Assembly: GCA_002320595.1 (NCBI GenBank)
Contig: DCKB01000059.1
Location: 687 to 64,686 of the forward strand
Source of the DNA: Christensenella sp. UBA1685
Lineage (GTDB): Bacteria > Bacillota > Clostridia > Christensenellales > CAG-138
Reading direction: 5' to 3'
DNA length: 64,000 bases
Below, in pieces: positions 10,221 to 18,944 of the stretch. Below the pieces are notes generated by a model. The model did no database searches. It was not told where the DNA came from and saw nothing but the letters and a program-made list of their open reading frames with translations. Made by a program: the position numbers and the translations under genes. The first letter of the stretch is position 1; every line of letters starts with the position of its first letter.

Positions 10221-11654
10221 ATGGCGGCAGCACACAGTTTAAGCAGAGGCAAGCGCGATGTTGACATGACAGAAGGGAGCATCCCCCGCCACATTATTAA
10301 CTTTGCGTTCCCGCTTCTCATCGGGAACATCTTCCAACAGCTTTACAATACGGTTGATACTTGGGTGGTTGGCAACTATGTCAGCAACGAGGCGTTTTCC
10401 GCCGTCGGCACTGTGGGGCCGATCATCAACACGCTCATCGGCTTCTTCATGGGGCTTTCAAGCGGCGCAGGCGTCGTGATCTCGCAATATTATGGGGCAA
10501 AGCGCCCGGAAAAGGTGCATGACGCGGTGCATACCGCCATTGTCATGACGCTTGTGCTTGGCATCGTGTTTACCGCCGTGGGCATTTTAATGATCCCCGC
10601 GATGCTGAACCTGATGAAAACGCCCGCCGAGGTGATGCCGGAATCCTCGGCATACCTTACCATTTATTTTGCGGGTATCCTTGGGCTGATGCTGTATAAC
10701 ATGGGGGCCGGCATTCTCCGCGCGGTCGGCGATTCCAAGCGGCCGTTTTATTTCCTCGTTGTTTCCGCGGTGCTGAACACCGTGCTTGACCTTGTGTTTG
10801 TGCTTCAATTTAACATGGGTGTGCGCGGCGTTGCATACGCCACAATCATCGCGCAGGGCGTGTCCGCAGTTTTGATCCTCATCACGCTCATGCGGAGCGA
10901 ATCCTGCATCCGGCTGACGCTGTGGCACCTGAAGATCAGCTGGGAAATGCTTGGAAAGATCGTCCGCATCGGCATTCCGGCAGCAATCCAGATGGCGGTA
11001 ACGGCATTTTCCAACATCTTCGTGCAGTCCTACATCAACTATTTCGGCGCGGACTGCATGTCCGGCTGGACGGCGTATTCCAAGATCGACCAGCTCATTT
11101 TGCTGCCTGTGCAGTCCATCGCGCTCGCATCCACCACGTTCGTGGGGCAAAACCTCGGCATCAACCGCGTGGAGCGCGCAAAGCGGGGCGTGCGCACCGC
11201 GCTCTGCCTTGGCACAGGGGCAACCATCCTCATTATGATCCCGGTGATGCTCTTTGCACCGCAGCTTGTGACCTTCTTTAACGGCAAGGCGGAGGTGGTT
11301 GCGTACGGAACGCTCCTGCTGCGCTGGATTTCGCCGTTTTATGTGCTTGCATGCTTCAATCAAATCTATGCCGGCGCACTGCGCGGCGCAGGCAACAGCC
11401 GTGCGCCGATGGTGATTATGCTCTGCTCGTTTGTGCTGTTCCGCCAGTGTTACCTGTACATTATGGCAAACTTTATTTCAAACGAAATCATCCCGATTGC
11501 CATGGGGTATCCTGCAGGATGGCTCGTGTGCAGCGTTGCCACGGGGCTGTACTTCCGCAACGTGGAGCTTTCCAGCACACGGATTGTTGAAAACGCCGAG
11601 GCCGCCGAGGCTGCAGAGGAAGCCGAGGAGGAGCAGCCGGGCGGCGCGCTGTAA
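10221..11654 (+). CDS. MATE family efflux transporter
   Basis: About 477 aa with 12 predicted TM segments. N-terminal IINFAFPLLIGNIFQQLYNTVDTWVVG is typical of MATE. The start (10200 or 10221) is uncertain. Confidence 0.88.
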   Translation: MAAAHSLSRGKRDVDMTEGSIPRHIINFAFPLLIGNIFQQLYNTVDTWVVGNYVSNEAFSAVGTVGPIINTLIGFFMGLSSGAGVVISQYYGAKRPEKVHDAVHTAIVMTLVLGIVFTAVGILMIPAMLNLMKTPAEVMPESSAYLTIYFAGILGLMLYNMGAGILRAVGDSKRPFYFLVVSAVLNTVLDLVFVLQFNMGVRGVAYATIIAQGVSAVLILITLMRSESCIRLTLWHLKISWEMLGKIVRIGIPAAIQMAVTAFSNIFVQSYINYFGADCMSGWTAYSKIDQLILLPVQSIALASTTFVGQNLGINRVERAKRGVRTALCLGTGATILIMIPVMLFAPQLVTFFNGKAEVVAYGTLLLRWISPFYVLACFNQIYAGALRGAGNSRAPMVIMLCSFVLFRQCYLYIMANFISNEIIPIAMGYPAGWLVCSVATGLYFRNVELSSTRIVENAEAAEAAEEAEEEQPGGAL

Positions 11655-11675
11655 CGCGTGTGAAAAGGATAAAAA

Positions 11676-11712
11676 CGGAGCCGGTTCTCGGGGAACGGTT
11701 CCGCTTTGTTTT
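11676..11712 (+). terminator. hairpin plus T-tract after the MATE gene
   Basis: CGGAGCCGGTTC...GAACGGTTCCG (one bulge) followed by CTTTGTTTT. Confidence 0.5.
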
Positions 11713-11733
11713 CTATACGGCGCAGGAAAACCC

Positions 11734-12285
11734 TTACGCATACACCTCGCGCTTAAGCACGCCGATGTAGGGCAGGTTGCGGTAATAGCCCGCATAATCA
11801 AGGCCATACCCCACCACGAATTCATCCGGAATGCGGAAACCGCAAAGGTCGGCGGCGATATGCGCATCGTGCCGCTCATGCTTGTCAAGCAGGCACACCG
11901 TTTTGATGGAAGCGGGCTTGCGGGAGGAGAGCAGTTCGCGCAGGTGTTTGAGCGTAAGGCCGGAATCAATGATGTCCTCCACGATGATCACATGCCGCCC
12001 GGTGATGCTCGTGTCAAGATCCTTGATGATGCGCACCACGCCGGAGGATTGCGCGCCTGCACCATAGCTTGAAACGGCGATGAAATCCATGAAAAGATGG
12101 CATTTCATCATGCGGCAAAGATCGGTATAAAAGAAGGAAGCGCCCTTAAGGATGCATACGACGAGCGGGTTTTTGTCCGCATATTCCGCCGTAAGCTGCG
12201 CGCCGAGCTCCGCCACGCGGCCCCGGATCTGTTCCTCGCTGAAAAGCACGGATTGGATGTCGTTTTGTTCGTTGGTAATGCGCAT
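11734..12285 (-). CDS. hpt: hypoxanthine phosphoribosyltransferase
   Basis: 183 aa. [18 protein letters not shown]-binding motif and overall Hpt sequence. Confidence 0.95.
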   Translation of the reverse strand: MRITNEQNDIQSVLFSEEQIRGRVAELGAQLTAEYADKNPLVVCILKGASFFYTDLCRMMKCHLFMDFIAVSSYGAGAQSSGVVRIIKDLDTSITGRHVIIVEDIIDSGLTLKHLRELLSSRKPASIKTVCLLDKHERHDAHIAADLCGFRIPDEFVVGYGLDYAGYYRNLPYIGVLKREVYA

Positions 12286-12457
12286 GAGGTACCTCGTTTC
12301 ATTGCTTTGTTGATAGAAAACCAGTTCTTATTATCCAACATTCCACCGGGAAATGCAAACATTCTCTTGCGTTTTTGAGAAACGCTGCGCTCCCGCTTTT
12401 TAGCGTGCGGAAACATTCACTGTTCCATTTGCGCAAAGCGCGTATTATAATGATGAA

Positions 12458-13030
12458 ATGATGGAAAAATGGAAGAAATCATTGCAAATATTGTTGTTCT
12501 TCTGCAAGATCGGCTGCTTCACGTTCGGCGGCGGCTGGAGCATCGTCGCCCAAATGCAGCAGGAATTTGTGGAAAAACGTGGGTGGATTACCGAGGAGGA
12601 GCTTTTGGACTTCACTTCCGTCGCGCGCTCCCTGCCCGGCATCATGATCGCCAACACGAGCCTGATTTTCGGCTATCATATGGCAGGCGTGCCCGGCGCG
12701 CTCGCGGCGGTTGTCGGCATCACCATCCCGTCGGTTGTGATCATCGCGCTTGTGACGCTTGTTTATGATGCGTTCCGCAGCAACCCGTTTGTGCTGCGCG
12801 CGCTCACGGGCGTGCGTGCGGCGGTAATCCCGATCATCCTTTCGGCGGCGCTCCGGCTGCGCAAAGGCGCTTTGAAGGATTGGATCGGCTATGCGCTTGC
12901 TGCGGTGGCGGCGGTGCTCTCGATCCTCGGGGTGAACAACATTATTATCATCCTGTTCGGCGTGGCGGCCGGGCTTCTCATCTCCGAAGCAAAGGAGCGC
13001 GCCATGCGGAAGGAGGGCGGCGGCCAATGA
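12458..13030 (+). CDS. chromate transporter family protein (short-chain, first half)
   Basis: 190 aa. FCKIGCFTFGGGWSIVAQM ChrA-family motif. Confidence 0.82.
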   Translation: MMEKWKKSLQILLFFCKIGCFTFGGGWSIVAQMQQEFVEKRGWITEEELLDFTSVARSLPGIMIANTSLIFGYHMAGVPGALAAVVGITIPSVVIIALVTLVYDAFRSNPFVLRALTGVRAAVIPIILSAALRLRKGALKDWIGYALAAVAAVLSILGVNNIIIILFGVAAGLLISEAKERAMRKEGGGQ

Positions 13031-13557
13031 TCTTTCTTGAACTGTTTTTTTCCTTCCTGAAGGTTGGATTTTCAAGCTTCGGCGGGCTTTCCATGGTACC
13101 GGTCATTAATGCGGAGATGCTTTCCCACGGCTGGATGACGCAGGAGCAGGTGATCGACATCATTGCCATTGCGGAAATGACGCCCGGCCCCATGGGCATG
13201 AACTGCGCCACGTTTGCGGGCATGCGCGTCGCGGGCATCCCGGGCGCGCTGATGGCAAACCTCGGCGTGCTTGCGCCGACGCTTACGCTCACGCTCGTGG
13301 CGGCTGCCTGCTTTGAACGGTTCCGCAAAAGCCGGGGACTTACGAACATCCTGTATGGCGTGCGCCCCGTATGCATGGGGCTGATCTTTGCGGTGATGCT
13401 GACCCTGCTCGACGGAACCGTATTTCAGGCGGGCGCACTGCATTGGCAGAGCCTCGTGATTGCAGCCGTGGGCGCTGTGCTGATGTTCAAATGGAACTGG
13501 AGCGTGCCGAAGGTGATTGCGCTTTCTGCGGCGCTTGGGTTGGTTTTGGTGCGGTGA
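13027..13557 (+). CDS. chromate transporter family protein (short-chain, second half)
   Basis: Start at MIFLELFFSFLKVGFSSFGG; its ATG overlaps the upstream stop (ATGA). Confidence 0.82.
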   Translation: MIFLELFFSFLKVGFSSFGGLSMVPVINAEMLSHGWMTQEQVIDIIAIAEMTPGPMGMNCATFAGMRVAGIPGALMANLGVLAPTLTLTLVAAACFERFRKSRGLTNILYGVRPVCMGLIFAVMLTLLDGTVFQAGALHWQSLVIAAVGAVLMFKWNWSVPKVIALSAALGLVLVR

Positions 13558-13577
13558 AGCGTGGCGCGGGCGCGCTG

Positions 13578-14048
13578 CTACAGCGCCCGTTCCGCCCCGG
13601 CGGAATAGAACGCGCCGGATGCGGTCGCCGCAAGTTTGCCGGGAGTTGACGCGACCCAGGCTTCGGCTGTGAGGTTGTTGACGGCACGCCCCGTATGCGC
13701 TGCATGCGCGCGCACATGCAGCGTGGAGCCGACGGGGATCGGCAGCAGATAGGAAACTTCCATGGTGATGGTGGGCGTAATGCCTTCGCCGCGCGCATAG
13801 CAGCGGGACAGGGTACCCATGGTGGTGTCAAGCATCATGGCGGTGAGCCCGCCGTGCAGGATGTTCGCGGGGTTGCGCATCCAGGGCTGAATCTCAAACG
13901 CAAGTTCCAGCGTTTTTTCTTCAAAATTACATGCAACAAAGCGCGGGGCAGCCATGTTCTGAATGGCGTCCGGCAGTTCGCGCGAAAGATAAGCGAGGAT
14001 CTCCTTTATACTCGCCTGCATTTGTTCGGTATTGTGGATCTCGGGCAT
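13578..14048 (-). CDS. PaaI-family hotdog-fold thioesterase
   Basis: 156 aa. NILHGGLTAMMLDTTMG motif typical of PaaI/4HBT thioesterases. Confidence 0.8.
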   Translation of the reverse strand: MPEIHNTEQMQASIKEILAYLSRELPDAIQNMAAPRFVACNFEEKTLELAFEIQPWMRNPANILHGGLTAMMLDTTMGTLSRCYARGEGITPTITMEVSYLLPIPVGSTLHVRAHAAHTGRAVNNLTAEAWVASTPGKLAATASGAFYSAGAERAL

Positions 14049-14225
14049 TTGTTTTAAGCGTCTCCTGTGGGTTGGATTGTGTTCCGGCGGGCGCCGGAAC
14101 CGTTCCAGTATATCACAATTTTCCCCCCTGTGCGCATGCGCTTAAAGTTTCGCGCAGTTTTACACATGCCATACCCTTCTTATGCTATCATAGCTTTTAA
14201 ATTACCGGTGCGCCCGGGCGCTCAA

Positions 14226-14258
14226 TAAAAAAGGGAAAGCGGATGATTCCGCTTTCCC
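14226..14258 (-). terminator. intrinsic terminator after rubredoxin
   Basis: GGGAAAGCGGA-TGAT-TCCGCTTTCCC, an 11-bp stem, followed on the minus strand by a T-run. Confidence 0.8.
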
Positions 14259-14274
14259 AAAGGGTGCCGGCGCT

Positions 14275-14433
14275 TCAGGCCTCTTCAAACTGATCCTTGC
14301 CCACGCCGCAAAGCGGGCATTCGAACTCCTCCGGCACATCCTCCCAGCGGGTGCCCGGCGCAATGCCGTGCTCCGGGTCGCCGGCCGCCTCGTCATACAC
14401 ATAGCCACAAACGGTGCAAACATATTTTTTCAT
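14275..14433 (-). CDS. rubredoxin
   Basis: Not in the ORF track (<60 aa). My translation is [52 protein letters not shown], with two CxxCG knuckles. GAGGAGG RBS upstream and a terminator downstream. Confidence 0.92.
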   Translation of the reverse strand: MKKYVCTVCGYVYDEAAGDPEHGIAPGTRWEDVPEEFECPLCGVGKDQFEEA

Positions 14434-14472
14434 TGGATAAACCTCCTCTTTTATTTATGATTTTATGATAAT

Positions 14473-16311
14473 TTATTGCAGTGGTTCAAAGTCCTCTGCC
14501 CCGTGCTTGCACAGCGGGCAGATGAAATCCGGCGGGAGCGTTTCGCCTTCGTAAACATAGCCGCAGATTTTGCACACAAAGCCCTTCTTCTTTTCGGCAG
14601 CAGGCTGCGGCTTGGGCTTGATGTGGGCGAAATAGTAAGCGTACGTTACGGAAGGCTCTGCCGAAAGCACATGCGCCTCGGTTACGTCCGCAATGAACAG
14701 CGTGTGCGTGCCGCAATCCACCGTGGAGATCACCTTGCCGGAGATCACGGCGTTCGCATGCTCGGAAAGGTATGCAATGCCGTTTTCCGTGCGCGGCTCG
14801 CCGCCGGAAAGCTTATCCGCCGTGCGCCCGCTCTGAAAACCGTATTGTTTGAACAGGCCGAACGGTGCGCCTTCCGTGAGCACGGAAATGTTGAACGCGC
14901 CCGTTTTTTCGATCATATCATGCGTATAATTCGCCTTGTTCACCGTGATGGAGATGCGCATGGGCGCGCTTGTGAGCTGCTGCGCGGTGTTGATGATGCA
15001 GCCGTTGTCCTTTGCTCCATCCCGCGCAGTGAGCACAAACAGGCCGTAGCTGAGCTTGAACATTGCATTGCTTTCCACCTGTGCAGGCGTGGGCGCAGGC
15101 TCCGCTTCCTTTTTCAGGGATGCTGCAATGGCATCCGCGAGGCCGTCCAGCGCGGCGAGCTGGCCTTCCTTGAGCGAGGATTTAATGGTGAGCTTGTTGT
15201 CAAGCACGGTGATGTTTTTGAGCTTGCCGAGCAGTTCCGCCATCAGCTTGCCCGCCGTGGCTGCCCAGGAGCCGTTTTCGATGAGGGCCACCGTGCGGTT
15301 TTGCAGGTTGTGCGCGGCGATGTCAAGAAGCGCCGTTTCCATGTTGCAGAAAATGCCCGCGTTGTACGTGGTGGAAGCGAACACCAGATGGCTGCAGCGG
15401 AACGCTTCGGAAACGATCACCGAGGGATGCGTTGCGGAAACATCGTACATGGCAATCTTCTTCACGCCGCGCGCCGCAAGCTTGGAGGCAAGGATGTTCG
15501 CTGCGTTTTCCGTGTTGCCGTACACGGAGGCATAAGCGATCATCACGGCGTTGTCCTCCGGCGTATAGGTGCTCCATTTTTGATATTTTTCAATGAACCA
15601 GGAAAGGTTCGTGCGCCAAACGGGCCCATGCAGCGGGCAGATCATGTCGATGTCCACCGTTGCTGCCTTCTTGAGCAGCGCCTGCACCTGCGTGCCGTAT
15701 TTGCCGACGATGTTCACATAGTAGCGCCTTGCATCGTCCAGCCAGTCGCGTTCAAAATCCACCTCATCCGCAAAAAGGTTGCCGGAGAGCGCGCCGAACG
15801 TGCCGAATGCATCCGCGGAAAAGAGCGTCTTTGTCGTGGCGTCGTAGGTGACCATGGCCTCCGGCCAATGCACCATCGGCGCCATCAGGAACGCAAGCGT
15901 GTGGCGGCCCGTCGTGAGCGTATCGCCCTCGGCAACAACCTTGCAGCGCGCATCAACATCAAACAGGAAAAACTGCCTGATCATCGCAACGGCCTTCGCG
16001 TTGGTGACGATGGTTACGTCCGGGTAGCGCAGCACGAGTTCTTCCATCGTGGCGGCATGATCCGGCTCCATGTGGTTGACGATGAGGTAATCAAGCTTCC
16101 GCCCGGCCAGCACGTGCGCAAGGCTTTCAAAGAATACGCCGCTCACGGATTTGTCCACGGTGTCGAACAGAACGGTTTTTTCATCCAAAAGAACATAGGC
16201 GTTGTAGGACACGCCGCGCGGGATCGGAAACACGTTTTCAAACAGGGCAAGCCTGCGGTCGTTCCCGCCCACCCAGAAAAGATCCTCGCGGATCGAAATC
16301 GCATGATGCAT
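14473..16311 (-). CDS. multidomain flavodiiron protein (diiron MBL-like + flavodoxin-like + flavin-reductase-like + C-terminal rubredoxin)
   Basis: NHMEPDH diiron ligand motif; AYASVYGNTE flavodoxin motif; flavin-reductase-like block; C-terminal CKICGYVY...CPLCKHG. Start at MHHAISI after AGGAGG. Confidence 0.9.
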   Translation of the reverse strand: MHHAISIREDLFWVGGNDRRLALFENVFPIPRGVSYNAYVLLDEKTVLFDTVDKSVSGVFFESLAHVLAGRKLDYLIVNHMEPDHAATMEELVLRYPDVTIVTNAKAVAMIRQFFLFDVDARCKVVAEGDTLTTGRHTLAFLMAPMVHWPEAMVTYDATTKTLFSADAFGTFGALSGNLFADEVDFERDWLDDARRYYVNIVGKYGTQVQALLKKAATVDIDMICPLHGPVWRTNLSWFIEKYQKWSTYTPEDNAVMIAYASVYGNTENAANILASKLAARGVKKIAMYDVSATHPSVIVSEAFRCSHLVFASTTYNAGIFCNMETALLDIAAHNLQNRTVALIENGSWAATAGKLMAELLGKLKNITVLDNKLTIKSSLKEGQLAALDGLADAIAASLKKEAEPAPTPAQVESNAMFKLSYGLFVLTARDGAKDNGCIINTAQQLTSAPMRISITVNKANYTHDMIEKTGAFNISVLTEGAPFGLFKQYGFQSGRTADKLSGGEPRTENGIAYLSEHANAVISGKVISTVDCGTHTLFIADVTEAHVLSAEPSVTYAYYFAHIKPKPQPAAEKKKGFVCKICGYVYEGETLPPDFICPLCKHGAEDFEPLQ

Positions 16312-16359
16312 CGGAATCCTCCTGATAACCAACCGAAAACCGGCTTATTTCTTAATTTT

Positions 16360-16402
16360 AGTATACCGCAAATTGGCAAAAAATCAACGTTGCATTTGCA
16401 AC
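16360..16402 (-). promoter_or_regulatory. putative promoter of flavodiiron operon with adjacent palindrome
   Basis: Minus strand: TTGATT (16382-16387), 16 nt, TATACT (16360-16365). Inverted repeat GTTGCA-TT-TGCAAC at 16389-16402 abuts the -35. Confidence 0.4.
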
Positions 16403-16414
16403 AAATGGAAAAAT

Positions 16415-16864
16415 TCACTTTTGTCCGGTGGAACCGAAGCCGCCTTCGCCCCGCACGGTGTCGGAAAGCGCGTCAACCTCCCTGAACGTTGCGGTGAGGT
16501 ACGGTGTGATGACAAGCTGTGCCACGCGCTCGCCGGAATGCACCGTAGCAGGCGCGTTCCCGTGGTTGTGCAGCGAAATCATGATCTCCCCGCGGTAATC
16601 GGGGTCGATTACGCCGACCTTGTTCGCAGGGGCAAGGCCGCGCTTTGTGGCAAGGCCGCTTCGGGCATACACAAGTCCGGCGAAGCCGCGTGGCAATTCG
16701 ATGGAAAGCCCCGTGTGAACCATTGCGGTTTCCCCGGGGGCGATGCAAAGGCCCGCTTCTTCCGTGAGCGCGTAAAGATCCGCGCCTGCAGCGTCTTTGG
16801 AACCATAAGTGGGAAGAAGCGCGTCCGGGCGCAGCTTTTTGATGCGGATGGTTTCGTTCAACAT
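16415..16864 (-). CDS. dut: dUTP diphosphatase
   Basis: 149 aa. AAGADLYA, GVIDPDYRGEI and RGEGGFGSTG dUTPase motifs. Confidence 0.95.
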   Translation of the reverse strand: MLNETIRIKKLRPDALLPTYGSKDAAGADLYALTEEAGLCIAPGETAMVHTGLSIELPRGFAGLVYARSGLATKRGLAPANKVGVIDPDYRGEIMISLHNHGNAPATVHSGERVAQLVITPYLTATFREVDALSDTVRGEGGFGSTGQK

Positions 16865-16988
16865 GGCATTCTCCTGTAATCAATGTTGTTTTTTCCAGTA
16901 TACCCCGGCGCGCGGACAGAGTAAAGCGGTACAAAAAAAAAGGCCGCCGCGGCGCAAGCGCCGGAGCAGCCTCAGGGGGATACGGGAT

Positions 16989-18128
16989 TCAGATCACACG
17001 TTCCCCGGGCACGTCGGCCTCAGCACGCTCCAAAAGCAGCGCGCTGATGTCCTCCGCAGCGTGCGGATTGATTTCCCGGCGCTGGCGTTCGCGCATGCGT
17101 TCCATGGCGGCAGGCGAAGCGAGAAGGAGCGCGGCCTGATCCGCTTGCAGCAGAGGCGTGTCGCCCGTGCGGGAGAGGCCGAGCGCTTCAAAAAACGCAG
17201 CGTTGTCGCTTTCCCAGCCCGGGATGGGGGCTGTATGCACCATCGGGATCCCTTTCACGGCCGCTTCTGTGGAAGAAAGGCCGCCGGGCTTTGTGAACAG
17301 AAGGTCCGCCGCATCCAGATACAGGCTGACCTCGTTTGTGTAATCGAGCACGGAAATTTGCGTATCCGTTGCAAACTCGGTGCGCAGCGTGCGCTTCAGG
17401 CGCTCATTGTTGCCGCCCATCACGAGCACATGTGCTGCCGGGATTCGCGCCCGCAGCGCGGCGAGGAGCGCTTCCACATTTCCGTAGCCCATGCTGCCCG
17501 TCATCACGAGCAGAAGCTGTCCTTCAACGGGCAGGCCAAGGCGCGCCCGTGCCTCCGCCTTTTCCGCATGGGAAAGGAAGCGCTCGCGCACGGGAATGCC
17601 CGTTGCGGCGATCTTGTGCGCAGGGATGCCGCTTTCTGCGAAGCTGTGCCGCAGATATTCATGCGGGATGCAGTAAAGATCGGCGTCCGTTTCGCCCAGG
17701 AAAGGCACGCAGGCATAATCCGTTGCGATGAAGCAGGTAAGCAGCTCCGCCTCCGGATGCCTGCGGCGGATGCAGGTGAGCGCCTCCGTGGGGAAAATAT
17801 GCGGCATCACGATGGTATCAAACCCGTTTTCAGAGATATAGCGGTACAACCTGCCGGCATATGAAGCGTTCGCGCGGTAACAGACGGAGGCCCGGTTCCC
17901 GTGGCTTTCGCGTTCTGCAAGCTGGGTGCCGATGGCGAAAAGGCGCGGGGCATACAGCGCGCTTTTGGTGTGAACGTTGCCGACAAAGCGGGATGCACGC
18001 TCGGACTCAAAGGAAAGCGTATCCCGGATTTCGCACGGGATGCCGCGGTGCAGAAACTGTTCTTGTACCGCCTTTCCGGCGGAATTGTGTCCCTCACCGC
18101 AATTGCAGGAGAGGATCAGGACTTTCAT
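16989..18128 (-). CDS. MGDG-synthase/UgtP-like diacylglycerol glycosyltransferase (GT28-like)
   Basis: 379 aa. MKVLILSCNCGEGHNSAGKAV N-terminus and C-terminal TKPGGLSSTEA motif. Confidence 0.85.
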   Translation of the reverse strand: MKVLILSCNCGEGHNSAGKAVQEQFLHRGIPCEIRDTLSFESERASRFVGNVHTKSALYAPRLFAIGTQLAERESHGNRASVCYRANASYAGRLYRYISENGFDTIVMPHIFPTEALTCIRRRHPEAELLTCFIATDYACVPFLGETDADLYCIPHEYLRHSFAESGIPAHKIAATGIPVRERFLSHAEKAEARARLGLPVEGQLLLVMTGSMGYGNVEALLAALRARIPAAHVLVMGGNNERLKRTLRTEFATDTQISVLDYTNEVSLYLDAADLLFTKPGGLSSTEAAVKGIPMVHTAPIPGWESDNAAFFEALGLSRTGDTPLLQADQAALLLASPAAMERMRERQRREINPHAAEDISALLLERAEADVPGERVI

Positions 18129-18679
18129 ATGGCCTCAACTTTCTTTCCGGTTCGTTCGGTTACGGGGGCAGCTTCATCCGCTCCTGCTCCGCACGGTATG
18201 GGTTTTCTTGCGGAGCGTGCCCGCGCAAGCCGGCCTGCGGCGCAAAGGCGCGGGCGGTTGTAACGCTGGATCATGATGAACGGGATGTGCGAAAGCGCAT
18301 ACAGCGCGGCGGCAATCCCGCCATAGGGGCGCGCCATCGTAACGAGAAAGACCGGGCTTAGGAAGAACAGAACGGTGTGTACGCATTCCGCAACGCAGGT
18401 TTCCTGCACAAGGCGGTCCATGCTGCCCGCCTCATGGTGTGCTGCCACGCTTTTGCGGTAAGCGCTGCGCACAAGCCTGCTTTTGTCCGGCAGGCGGTCC
18501 TTCCAGGCGCGGATACCGAGCTTTTGATAGAATTTGCCGTTTTGCTCCCATGCATACGCGCGGTAAGGGAATGCTTCAGCGCGGAACCACCGGCGCGGCA
18601 GCGCCTCGCCGATGATGTGAGCCAAAAGCCCCATCACCGCCGCAGTGAGGAGAAAGCGCAAAAGCTGAACCCAAAACAT
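18125..18679 (-). CDS. membrane acyltransferase, glycosyl-4,4'-diaponeurosporenoate acyltransferase (CrtO)-like
   Basis: Start at MFWVQLLRF. WKDRLPD and IPFIMIQRYNRPRL motifs match my recollection of this family. The stop overlaps the GT start (4-nt overlap). Confidence 0.62.
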   Translation of the reverse strand: MFWVQLLRFLLTAAVMGLLAHIIGEALPRRWFRAEAFPYRAYAWEQNGKFYQKLGIRAWKDRLPDKSRLVRSAYRKSVAAHHEAGSMDRLVQETCVAECVHTVLFFLSPVFLVTMARPYGGIAAALYALSHIPFIMIQRYNRPRLCAAGRLARARSARKPIPCGAGADEAAPVTERTGKKVEAI

Positions 18680-18843
18680 CAAAAACACCTCATGCTGTAA
18701 TCCTGCCGCCGGCTGGCAAGGAGGCGCTCGCTGCAAACGCCGCGTTGGCGTGCTTCGGGCTCTTGCCGGTTATAAAGCAGCGCCGCCCTTCCAAACCGTC
18801 GCGGGTTCTTATCAACCGATGGTATAGTCAGCATTATAAAACC

Positions 18844-18880
18844 AGCGCCGTTTTTATGCATCGGACAGAAAAACGGCGCT
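18844..18880 (-). terminator. hairpin downstream of the TetR gene
   Basis: AGCGCCGTTTTT-N13-AAAAACGGCGCT, 12-bp arms. Confidence 0.5.
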
Positions 18881-18944
18881 GTTGCAATTTTGGAAGGTTG
18901 GTGCGCTTTGTAACTTTTTCGGACAAAAGCAGGAAACTGTGAGG

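Noticed and set aside
12458-13557. Split chromate transporter as a frameshifted pseudogene.
   Set aside because: The two halves are separate, complete short-chain ChrA-family proteins joined by an ATGA overlap. This two-gene arrangement is a known natural form of the family in Firmicutes.
14202-14423. 73-aa minus-strand ORF from the track.
   Set aside because: It is out of frame with, and almost fully overlapped by, the rubredoxin gene. The rubredoxin gene has an RBS, canonical motifs and a terminator. The 73-aa product is Arg/Ala-rich with no features.
14476-16485. 669-aa plus-strand ORF antisense to the flavodiiron gene. Similar long antisense ORFs occur at 26331..28667, 28606..29841, 33424..35130, 40964..42655, 48665..50521, 4693..6006 and 58088..59581.
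   Set aside because: Each lies opposite a gene with clear family motifs. The translations are Arg/Gly/Ala/His-rich low-information sequence with no RBS. Long stop-free antisense frames are expected in high-GC coding DNA.
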